Positions 17,265-25,135 of a DNA stretch of 29,873 nt are shown piece after piece (the first letter of the stretch is position 1; each line of letters opens with the position of its first letter). The translations under genes and the position numbers were made by a program. Below the pieces are notes generated by a model. It did no database searches and had not been told where the DNA came from. It saw only the letters and a program-made list of their open reading frames with translations. Source of the DNA: Candidatus Hadarchaeales archaeon (GTDB lineage: Archaea; Hadarchaeota; Hadarchaeia; Hadarchaeales; WYZ-LMO6); assembly GCA_038851755.1 (NCBI GenBank), contig JAWCKR010000017.1, positions 1 to 29,873 on the forward strand, given 5' to 3'.

Positions 17265-18059
17265 GTGAGGGAGGTCAGGAGCAGGAGCGTGCTGTGCAGG
17301 ACCAGCCTGCCGGGCCTCCACTACTCTCTGAACCCCTACCGGGGCTGCCAGCACGGCTGCCTTTACTGCTACTCCCCGGCCGTGCTGAGGGAGACCAGGC
17401 CCTGGGGGAGGTTCGTGGACGTGAAGATCAACGCCCCGGAGGTGCTGAGGGAGGAGTTGGAGGGAAAACCGAGGAAGACGGTGGGGGTGGGAACGGTCAC
17501 CGACCCCTACCAGCCCCTGGAGGCTAGGTTCCGGCTCACGAGGGAGTGCCTCCGCGTGCTGAGGGAGTGCGGCTTCCCCATCTGCGTCCAGACCAAGTCC
17601 GACCTCATTCTGAGGGACATCGACCTCCTCTGCGGGGGGAGCTGCGAGGTGGGGGTGACCATCACTACGATGGACGAGGGAATCGCCAGGGCACTGGAGC
17701 CGGGGGCCAGCCCCCCGGGGAGGAGGGCGAGGGTGCTCGAGGAGTTCTCCTCCAGAGGGGTCAGCACCTGGCTTTTCTTGGGCCCCCTTCTCCCCTCCCT
17801 GACCGACTCGGAGGATGGGATAGGGAAGGTGGTGGAGGTGGCTGCCTCCACGGGGAGCCTGGTGATCTACGACAAGCTGAACCTGAAAAGGGGGGTGATG
17901 GAGAGGCTGAGGGAGACCCTGGAAGAACTCTGCCCCGAAACCCTCAGAATCCTCCTCTCCCCCTCCCTCCGCTCAAAGGCCTGGAAGGAGGAAAGGGAAA
18001 GAGTGGAGAGGATGTGCAGGGAAAAGGGAGTGAGGTGCGAGCCGGCCTTTTCATCCTAA
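17265..18059 (+). CDS. SPL (spore photoproduct lyase)-family radical SAM protein
   Basis: LNPYRGCQHGCLYCY (CxxxCxxC), VKINAPE.L, TDPYQPLE...LTR, TKS.LILRD. Confidence 0.88.
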   Translation: MREVRSRSVLCRTSLPGLHYSLNPYRGCQHGCLYCYSPAVLRETRPWGRFVDVKINAPEVLREELEGKPRKTVGVGTVTDPYQPLEARFRLTRECLRVLRECGFPICVQTKSDLILRDIDLLCGGSCEVGVTITTMDEGIARALEPGASPPGRRARVLEEFSSRGVSTWLFLGPLLPSLTDSEDGIGKVVEVAASTGSLVIYDKLNLKRGVMERLRETLEELCPETLRILLSPSLRSKAWKEERERVERMCREKGVRCEPAFSS

Positions 18060-18824
18060 TCTGAAACTCCTCTCCGCAAGCAGGGGGACCCCCGCCCTCT
18101 CCGCCTCTTCCCTCACCCTCTTCGCCGCCTCCGCCACCTTCCCCACCTTCCCCACGATCCTCATCCTCACCTCCAGCCTTCCGAAGAGGGGATACATCCC
18201 CACCACCACTCCGTACTCCCTCTCCAGTTCCTCCGCCAGCCCGCTGAACCTCGTCTCCTCGGATCCCAGCGTCAGCTCCGCCACCTCCCTCTCCTCCCCT
18301 CTTCCGAGGAGGGGCTCCACCTCCTCGGCGAAAATCACCTTCAGCTCCACCGGTACACCCGGGAGGAGGAAGACCTCCACTCCTTCGTGGGAGAGCCTTA
18401 TGCCGGGAGCCAGGCCCAGCCTGTTCCTGAGGATCTCCCCTCCCTCCGGGACCAGGCTCATCCTCATGATCCACTCCTCCCCCCCGAGGGTAAGTCCCCT
18501 CTTCCTGAGCCTCTCCAGCTTCTCCTCCAGCTCCCTGCGGGCCCCCTCGTGCTGGACCAGTTTCCTCCCCAGCTTCCTCGCCACCGCCTCCCTCGTCCTG
18601 TCGTCGGGGGTGCCGCCCAGCCCACCGCACACGAAGACGAAGCGGGACCCCTTCAGGACCCACTCCAGTCCCTCCTCTATCTCCTCCTCGCTGTCCCCCA
18701 CCACCCCTATCCTCTTCACCCTGAACCCGAGGGCATTCAGCCTACCTGCCAGCCAGGAGGCGTTCTCTTCCTTCACCGTCCCGTCCAAAATCTCATTGCC
18801 CACCACCAGGAGGGCACACTCCAT
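18051..18824 (-). CDS. CinA-like molybdopterin-binding-domain protein (COG1058)
   Basis: VGNEILDG..E.N, VGD..EEI, GGLGGTPDD.T, N..G.APG, LPGVP.E. Confidence 0.88.
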   Translation of the reverse strand: MECALLVVGNEILDGTVKEENASWLAGRLNALGFRVKRIGVVGDSEEEIEEGLEWVLKGSRFVFVCGGLGGTPDDRTREAVARKLGRKLVQHEGARRELEEKLERLRKRGLTLGGEEWIMRMSLVPEGGEILRNRLGLAPGIRLSHEGVEVFLLPGVPVELKVIFAEEVEPLLGRGEEREVAELTLGSEETRFSGLAEELEREYGVVVGMYPLFGRLEVRMRIVGKVGKVAEAAKRVREEAERAGVPLLAERSFRLG

Positions 18825-18961
18825 CCTTACTTCTATGGACTGTTCGTATTAGAAGCCACACCAGTTCCTAAATGAAAAGGGACCTACACTTTTTCTACAG
18901 GAAAGGAACTTGCGAAGTCTTGTCCTCAGTCGAGGGCTTATAAGAGGATGAAATATTTCCG

Positions 18962-19090
18962 ATGGAGCCAAAGGGAATTTCCGCTGTTGTCTTGGTGGCA
19001 ATACTGCTCGGTTTGGGAACAGGAGGAGGCATCGCCTACCACGTGCTGACCCTCGGTCACGGAACCACCCTCATCCTGAGCAGGGTATGA
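18962..19090 (+). CDS. 42-aa ORF with class III (prepilin-type) signal peptide; mini-protein or gene remnant
   Basis: MEPKG/ISAVVLVAILLGLGTGGGIAYHVLTLGHGTTLILSRV*; TTATAA at 18938-18943 upstream. Below the ORF-track length cutoff. Confidence 0.45.
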   Translation: MEPKGISAVVLVAILLGLGTGGGIAYHVLTLGHGTTLILSRV

Positions 19091-19208
19091 GAACACCTAT
19101 TTCATCTCATATAGCGCTCCATGTGGGCCATCGTACCCATGTACGCCTCCTTCCCAAACATTCTCGATGGTTGCTTCTGTAAAAACTGCTCACGTTGAAG
19201 GTTTCGGG

Positions 19209-19284
19209 TGGAGCCGCCGGTGGGGATTGAACCCACGACCTACCGCTTACGAGGCGGTCGCTCTGCCGGCTGAGCTACGGCGGC
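19209..19284 (-). tRNA. tRNA-Thr(CGT), 76 nt, CCA encoded, no intron
   Basis: GCCGCCG TA GCTC AGCCGGCA GAGC G ACCGC CTCGTAA GCGGT AGGTC GTGGG TTCAATC CCCAC CGGCGGC T CCA folds to a full cloverleaf. Confidence 0.97.
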
Positions 19285-20090
19285 TCTTCCTTTTCTTGAA
19301 CAGAGGGAGTAAAAGTCTGTTCCTCCCGAACCCTCTTCAGCTTCTCGAGCTTCCGGAGACCCACCCTCCTCCCAACCCTCGGTCTCTCTTCCCCGTAAAC
19401 CCACCGGAAGTTCAACCCCTCGAAGCTCCCCAGCACCTCCTTCAATTCCTCCCTTCTCAGCGGCCTCACGGGACTGGGACGAAGAGGGGTGTTCACCTGC
19501 ACTTCATCGGGCCCTATTTCCTTCAGAACCTCCGCTATCTTCCCGCACACGCCCGCGTTCTGCGGAATCACCATCACCTCCACGGCGAACTCCCCACCGA
19601 ACTCTTTCCCGAACTCCTTCATTCCCTCCACCACCTTCTCCCACTTTACCTCCGGATGTGGCCTGTTGACCTCCCTGAAGAGGCCCTCCCCAGGCGCGTC
19701 CAGCTTTCCCTTCACCAGGTCCGCCCTGACCAAATCCCTTCTCACTTCTCCTACACCCATGAGGGAGGAATTGGTGAGCACGACCACCGGCAGACCCGAC
19801 ACCTTTCTGGCCACCTCTATCAGCTCACCCAAGTTCCGGGCCAAGGTTGGCTCCCCCAACCCACAGAAGGTCACCACATCCACCTCCACCCACCTCAGGG
19901 CCTCTACGAGTTCTTTCTCCAACCTACCCGGGTGAACCCAAACCCCCCTCTCCACGGTCTTCTCGGTGGTGGGGCCCGACGAGCAGTACAGGCAGTCGAA
20001 GGAGCACCTCTTCTCCTCCAGGCCCAAGGGATCCACCCCCAGCGACCTCCCCAGGCGCCAGGAAGAAACTGGACCGTAAACCACCTCCAT
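19275..20090 (-). CDS. Radical SAM Fe-S protein, COG0731 (Tyw1-related) family
   Basis: VYGPVSSWRLGRSLGVD, CSFDCLYC, GEPTL, LTNSSL, KLDA, NTPLRP. Its TAG lies within tRNA-Thr. Confidence 0.85.
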   Translation of the reverse strand: MEVVYGPVSSWRLGRSLGVDPLGLEEKRCSFDCLYCSSGPTTEKTVERGVWVHPGRLEKELVEALRWVEVDVVTFCGLGEPTLARNLGELIEVARKVSGLPVVVLTNSSLMGVGEVRRDLVRADLVKGKLDAPGEGLFREVNRPHPEVKWEKVVEGMKEFGKEFGGEFAVEVMVIPQNAGVCGKIAEVLKEIGPDEVQVNTPLRPSPVRPLRREELKEVLGSFEGLNFRWVYGEERPRVGRRVGLRKLEKLKRVREEQTFTPSVQEKEEPP

Positions 20091-20142
20091 TTATCCTTCA
20101 CCCTCCCAGTGAGGGCTAAAAACTTTCTTTACCACTAAACTC

Positions 20143-20224
20143 GACGGGGCGCCTCTCCCGGTAGCCATGGCCCCTCGAGCAAAGCTATGAAAAGGGTGTC
20201 CACACGCCGGGGAACAGCCCCGTC
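20143..20224 (+). ncRNA. Structured RNA candidate, H/ACA-like hairpin with apical K-turn
   Basis: Perfect 8-bp GACGGGGC/GCCCCGTC basal stem, TCCCGG/CCGGGG stem followed by ACA (20214-20216), internal bubble, GCCC/GGGT upper stem with CGA...TATGA K-turn-like motif. T-tract at 20247-20251. Confidence 0.55.
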
Positions 20225-20256
20225 ACCCGGTCCCTCCATCTGTTGGTTTTTCAGAC

Positions 20257-20345
20257 TGGCGCCGGGGGAGGGATTTGAACCCTCGAGACCTCAAAGGGTC
20301 AACAGCTCTCGAGGCTGTCGCCTTACCTGGCTAGGCTACCCCGGC
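20257..20345 (-). tRNA. tRNA-Ser(CGA), 89 nt, long variable arm, CCA encoded
   Basis: GCCGGGG TA GCC TAGCCAGGTAA GGC G ACAGC CTCGAGA GCTGT [variable arm] GAGGG TTCAAAT CCCTC CCCCGGC G CCA. Confidence 0.97.
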
Positions 20346-20374
20346 CATAGACCATGGAAGGGGTGGGATATAGC

Positions 20375-20911
20375 CTAGAGGGGGTAAGGGGGCTTGGCCA
20401 GGAACTCGCAGTGGGGATTCCGGTTGGAGTAGCACCTCAGCTCCTCCACCCTGTAGTTCTTACCAGTAAAGTGCTGGGTGGCCCCGGCGATGAAGCCCGC
20501 GAGGTAATAGCAAACCTTCCTCCCCACCCTGCCCATCTCCTTGGCAATGTAGCTCCCCCCCCTGAACCTCAGGATCCTCCCCTCCTCACCCTTCAAGAGC
20601 TCTATCTCTCCCATCCCGCTCTGGGAGAAGAAGATGTCCGTGTAGATGGTCCTCTCCTTCAGGCTCTTCTTCCCCAAATCAAAGGTACGGTAGAGCCACT
20701 GGGCCACCCTCTTCCCCGACTTGAAGCCCGTGTCGTAAAGGAAGGTGTTGCAGGTGTCCCTCCAGATGTCCTCCCTCACCTCCATGGCAGGGGCAAACTC
20801 CACGATTTCCCCCGCGTCCACCAAGCACCCCATCCAGAGCTCGAAGGCCTTCTTCCAGTGGTGGCGGAGATACTCCGCTATCTCCCTCTCCGCCTTCCTG
20901 TAATCCTCCAT
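20375..20911 (-). CDS. V4R (4-vinyl reductase) domain protein
   Basis: LYDTGFKSG, SGMGEIE, VCYYLAGFIAG, VEELRC....NPHCEF. Confidence 0.85.
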   Translation of the reverse strand: MEDYRKAEREIAEYLRHHWKKAFELWMGCLVDAGEIVEFAPAMEVREDIWRDTCNTFLYDTGFKSGKRVAQWLYRTFDLGKKSLKERTIYTDIFFSQSGMGEIELLKGEEGRILRFRGGSYIAKEMGRVGRKVCYYLAGFIAGATQHFTGKNYRVEELRCYSNRNPHCEFLAKPPYPL

Positions 20912-20948
20912 CTTTTCTTCTTCTCCAGCCAGAATAAAAGTCTTGGAA

Positions 20949-23900
20949 TCACAGAAAGTCGGCCAAGCTGGTCTGCTTCTCGGCGTCGCTCTCGAACACC
21001 GACTTTATGTCCCTCTCCATCAGCTTCAAACGCTGCTTGGTGTACTCCCTCACCCCGAACTCCTCAGCCACCCTCATGGCGGTGCGCAGGTATTTCTCCA
21101 CTCCACCCCTGGGAACGGTGAGGACGAGGTTCCCCCCGCACTCGTTGCATACCCCTGCCAGAGGCAGGCGTCTGTACTTGGTGTTGCAGCTCGTGCACCT
21201 GAACTGCTGGGTGGAGAACTTGCGCAGGTTCCCCTTCAGGTCCGGGATGAGGTGATGCTCTATCACCCTCTCCGCCACGTCCCTCTCATCCACCGCCCTG
21301 ATCTTCCTGGCCAGGTTCAGCTGCGCCATCACCTTCTCCTCCATGGTCTCCAGCGTGGAGTAGGTGGAGGTGAGGGGACCCTTGGAGAGGTCCGAGGTAT
21401 GCACGTTGAAGGCAAGGCCCTCGTACTGGCCCTTCGTCCCTAGCCTCTTCTCCACCGTCTCCATCCAGGCCTGCACTTCGGAGGGGTGAACCTGCTTTAG
21501 GGTGGCCTCGTAGAACTCCAGCGGGTACCTGAACATGATGTCCATGTTGTGGACCTCCTTGTCCACTTCCCTCGGGTCTATCCTCAGGTTGAGGACGAGG
21601 GGGGCATCCATGAAACCGCCCCTGCTGGCGGGAAGGAACCTTCTGCTGAAGTTGAGGAGGGCATCCAGCAGGAGCATCACGGCGTCCTCATCCCCATCGC
21701 AATCACGGCGCTTGGCCGCGTGGAAGTAGGGATGAGCGTAGCCCACATTGGCCTTCGTGAAGCCCACGATCCTGCCCACCATGCCCACGGAGGTGTGGGG
21801 GGAGAGACCCACCACCAGGTGACCCAGCAGGTCCTCCTTACGCTGGGCCCCGTAGTAAGGGGGCAAACCGTAGAACTTCTGGAGGAGTTCGTCCACGAAC
21901 TTGGAAACCTTGAGCAGGTACTTGGCACCCTCTTCACACAAAAGGAGGTCCTGCACCTTCAGCTCCACCAGCTGATCCTCCCTCTCCAGGGGCTCACCCA
22001 GGTAGTCCCTGGCGTAGCCCAGCTCCCTCAGGCGCTCCACGGACACGCCCACCTCCCTGGGACTGAAGTGGGTGAGAGGGAGGTTGGTGGCATCGAAGCG
22101 CACGGTCCCATCCTTGAACACGCGGAGGCCGTGCTTCGCCCTGAGGATCCCCTTCTCCAGGGGCTCGGGTATCTTGTAGGCGCTGCTCATCCCCTTTACC
22201 CCCTTGAGGTCCGCCGGCGCCTTCTCCCCCAGCCTCCTCTCCGCCTCTTCCAGCATCTCCTTCAGGTTCATCATCCTCTCGCTGAAGAACTCCTCCCTCA
22301 CCCCGCAGGTCTGGCACCTGCCCCTGGTGGGCCTGCCGCATTTGGGACAGAGCTTCACGAACTCCGTCTTCTCCCCGCAGGAGGGACACTTCCTGGTGAT
22401 TCCCAGCGTCCCACAGGAGGGGCATCTCAGGTTCGTCAGCTCCACCCTGAATTCCCCCTTGGAGGAGGCCGCCTTGAGGATACTTCTGGTGGGTCCACCC
22501 GCCTGCCCGACGGGAAAGAGGAGGTGGGGAGGGGGATCCATCTCCCTGGGTTTCGCCTTCTCCGGCCTCCCCATCTTGCTCCCTATCCAGGTGGGGGCCT
22601 TCTTCCTGACGGGAAAGCCCGCCACCTTCTCCAGCAGAACCATCACCTCCCGCTCCTCTTCCGCCTCCAGCCTCTCCGTGGTCCTCTCCTTCCCCCTCAG
22701 TATCCCCAGCGTGCGACAGAGGGGGAGGGCGTGCTCCTCTATTCTCACCTTACCCTCCTCCACCCTGTGGGGCACGCAGAGGAGCTCCAGAGTCCTCTTG
22801 GGCTCCTCCTCCAGTGGCAGGATCAAAGCCTTGAGTTCATCACCCTCGAACTCGGCCTCCCCCTTACACAACCATCTGGCCAGCCTGAGGAGGTCCTCCC
22901 TCTCCACCTCGTGGTAGAGGTAGGTGTACCAGGGATGGAGAGGGACCCCAAGCCTCTCCGAAATCTCCACTGCCAGGCTGGAGGGAGGGACGGGATAGGG
23001 GGGCAGGAGGTAAGGGGAGAGATCCCGGGGGAACCCCTTCCCTGCCCGCTCCACCTCCTGTGCCCACCACTCCTCGCAGTACCCCGCGGGTAGGAGGGGA
23101 TGGTTGTTCTCCAGGAACTCCCCGAAGTCCACGAGGAGGTCCCCCAGGCACAGGATTTCCTCTATCTGGCTCTTCACTCTCTCCGCCTCTTCCACGGAAG
23201 AGATCCTCACCACAGAACCGTCCTGGAGCTTCACCGTGGGGCCCTCTATGCTGTCCACCGGCGCCACGGCCCCACCCTTGCCAGGACGCTCAAGCTTGAG
23301 CTGCGTTCCCACCGCGAGAAAGCCCCCCAGCACCACCATGGTGGCGGGGTGTACGCCCACGGCTGCTATGCCCGTGTTCCTCGCTCTCCCGTACCTGAGC
23401 CTGAAGCCACCCGGCCTTCCGGGGTAGGAAATGACGGGCCTTCCGCCGATCACCTCCTCCAGGTACCTGGCCTCTTCCACCTCTTCCTCCTCCGAGGCGG
23501 GATGCTGCATGAACTCCTCGAGCCAGTCCCACCCTTCCATCCCCAGCTTCTTCACGTACTTCATGATCTTGGGGGCTTTCTGGAGCACTCCCTCCGCGAG
23601 GGCCAGGACGGCACCCCCTCTGACGAAGTTGTGCCCCACCCTAGGAAGGTCGCGGTAGGCCGTCACCATCACGTCCCTGCTGGTGGGCTCGCCTGTGATC
23701 TCCACGGGGAGGTTGCGCACCGCCAGCCTGACCTCATCTGGAGTGGGGGTGTACTGAAGGTGGGAGATATCGGAGGAGTAGAGGTTGACCTCCTCCACGA
23801 ACCTCTCTATCTCCCTTTCCGTGGGCTTGTACCTGTCCAGGAGAAGCTTCCTGCGCACGAAGTCTCCCGTGAGCACCGCCAGGGCGGCCGCCGTCCCTCC

Positions 23901-24353
23901 CGCCGACCTTATCGGACCCGAGAAGTACAGGGCCAGGTAGCGGCTCCCGTCAGGATTCTTTTCTATTTTGACCTCCGTTAGCCCCTCCAAGGGGGCAGCC
24001 ACCGCTATTCCCTCCGTGATGATGGCCAGGGCGGTGCGCACGGCCTGTTCCGCCCTCTTCTCGTCATTCAGCTCCTCCCCCACCCTCCCGTCCACGATCA
24101 TCTCCGCCACCTTCAGGGCGAGCTCCTCGCGGGGCATCTTTCCTTCCAGCTCCCTTATCACCCTGCTCACTCCGGGGGGACCCACCATCTCCTCCACCCT
24201 GGAAGCCATGTCCTCCGTCTGTGGAATCTCCGGCTCCAGCTCAGGGTCCCTTCCCAGCAACCTGGCCCTGCGGGCGATTTCGTAGGCTTCCTCCACTTTC
24301 CGCTCTATCTCTGAGAAGTACGCCTCTACCGACTGGCTCATCTCCACCCTCAT
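20949..24353 (-). CDS. polC: DNA polymerase D large subunit DP2
   Basis: GPIRSAGGTA, GGFRLRYGR.RN.G, catalytic RRDCDGDED, Zn fingers, C-terminal PIP QTSLADF; 1134 aa with no intein. Confidence 0.98.
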   Translation of the reverse strand: MRVEMSQSVEAYFSEIERKVEEAYEIARRARLLGRDPELEPEIPQTEDMASRVEEMVGPPGVSRVIRELEGKMPREELALKVAEMIVDGRVGEELNDEKRAEQAVRTALAIITEGIAVAAPLEGLTEVKIEKNPDGSRYLALYFSGPIRSAGGTAAALAVLTGDFVRRKLLLDRYKPTEREIERFVEEVNLYSSDISHLQYTPTPDEVRLAVRNLPVEITGEPTSRDVMVTAYRDLPRVGHNFVRGGAVLALAEGVLQKAPKIMKYVKKLGMEGWDWLEEFMQHPASEEEEVEEARYLEEVIGGRPVISYPGRPGGFRLRYGRARNTGIAAVGVHPATMVVLGGFLAVGTQLKLERPGKGGAVAPVDSIEGPTVKLQDGSVVRISSVEEAERVKSQIEEILCLGDLLVDFGEFLENNHPLLPAGYCEEWWAQEVERAGKGFPRDLSPYLLPPYPVPPSSLAVEISERLGVPLHPWYTYLYHEVEREDLLRLARWLCKGEAEFEGDELKALILPLEEEPKRTLELLCVPHRVEEGKVRIEEHALPLCRTLGILRGKERTTERLEAEEEREVMVLLEKVAGFPVRKKAPTWIGSKMGRPEKAKPREMDPPPHLLFPVGQAGGPTRSILKAASSKGEFRVELTNLRCPSCGTLGITRKCPSCGEKTEFVKLCPKCGRPTRGRCQTCGVREEFFSERMMNLKEMLEEAERRLGEKAPADLKGVKGMSSAYKIPEPLEKGILRAKHGLRVFKDGTVRFDATNLPLTHFSPREVGVSVERLRELGYARDYLGEPLEREDQLVELKVQDLLLCEEGAKYLLKVSKFVDELLQKFYGLPPYYGAQRKEDLLGHLVVGLSPHTSVGMVGRIVGFTKANVGYAHPYFHAAKRRDCDGDEDAVMLLLDALLNFSRRFLPASRGGFMDAPLVLNLRIDPREVDKEVHNMDIMFRYPLEFYEATLKQVHPSEVQAWMETVEKRLGTKGQYEGLAFNVHTSDLSKGPLTSTYSTLETMEEKVMAQLNLARKIRAVDERDVAERVIEHHLIPDLKGNLRKFSTQQFRCTSCNTKYRRLPLAGVCNECGGNLVLTVPRGGVEKYLRTAMRVAEEFGVREYTKQRLKLMERDIKSVFESDAEKQTSLADFL

Positions 24354-25135
24354 GCTCTCACCAGATCGGAAAGTCTGTCGAGGACCAGGTCGGGCCTCTT
24401 CTTCCCCTCCAGACCCCTCAAGTCCTTTCGCTTGGTAACTCCACTCAGGACCAAAATCGAAACCATTCCCAACCTCTTGGCAGGCGCTACATCCAGGTCC
24501 AGCCTGTCCCCCACCGCCGCCGTCTCCTCCGGCTTCGTTCCCAGAAGGCGGAGGGCCTCCCTGTACATCCTTGGGGAGGGTTTACCCATGACCTTGGGTT
24601 TCCTGCCCGAGGAGAAAGAAAGGGCCGAAACCATGGCCCCAGCCCCGGGCAGGAGACCCCTCTCGGTGGGATAGGTGGGGTCCGCGTTGGTTGCCAGAAA
24701 CTCCGCCCCCCCGTTCAGGGCCCTCAGGGCCGCCTCCAGCTTCCGGTAGTTGAACTCCCTGTCTATCCCAACCACCACGTACTCCGCTTCTTCCGCCCTC
24801 TCCCCGTTCACCAGCACCATTCCCGCCCTCTCCAGTTCCTTCCTCAGTCCCTCCTCACCCACCACGTAGACCCTCGCCCCAGGAGCCCTCCTCCGGAGAT
24901 ACTCGGCCGTGAGGTAACCAGAGGTGAGGATTTCCTGCGGGCTGGCGCTAATTCCCATTTTCCTCAGCTTCTCGGCGTACCCTTCCCTGGAGAGAGAGGA
25001 GTTGTTGGTGACGAAAACCACCTTCCCGCCCTTTTCCTTCCATCTGCGGAGGAAGCCCGCCACACCCCTCACGGGCCTGTTACCCACGTAGACCACGCCA
25101 TCCAGGTCCAGGACCAGGGAGCGGAACTCAGGCAA
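24350..25135 (-). CDS. HAD-IIA family hydrolase (NagD-like)
   Basis: DLDGVVY, VTNNS, ATNAD, GKPSP, VGDRLDLD, VLSGVT. Confidence 0.92.
   Translation of the reverse strand: MPEFRSLVLDLDGVVYVGNRPVRGVAGFLRRWKEKGGKVVFVTNNSSLSREGYAEKLRKMGISASPQEILTSGYLTAEYLRRRAPGARVYVVGEEGLRKELERAGMVLVNGERAEEAEYVVVGIDREFNYRKLEAALRALNGGAEFLATNADPTYPTERGLLPGAGAMVSALSFSSGRKPKVMGKPSPRMYREALRLLGTKPEETAAVGDRLDLDVAPAKRLGMVSILVLSGVTKRKDLRGLEGKKRPDLVLDRLSDLVRA

Noticed and set aside
18963-18969. TGGAGCC matching the tRNA-Thr 3' end as an att duplicate
   Set aside because: Only 7 nt, expected by chance, and no integrase is present in the window.
20176-20196. GCAAAGCTATG resembling a c-di-GMP-I riboswitch, or a SECIS hairpin
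   Set aside because: No GAAA-tetraloop P2 hairpin or receptor, no archaeal SECIS GAA/A loop, and no in-frame UGA gene nearby.
19209-20345. Introns or split/permuted forms of the two tRNAs
   Set aside because: Both fold as uninterrupted cloverleaves with 7-nt anticodon loops and encoded CCA.
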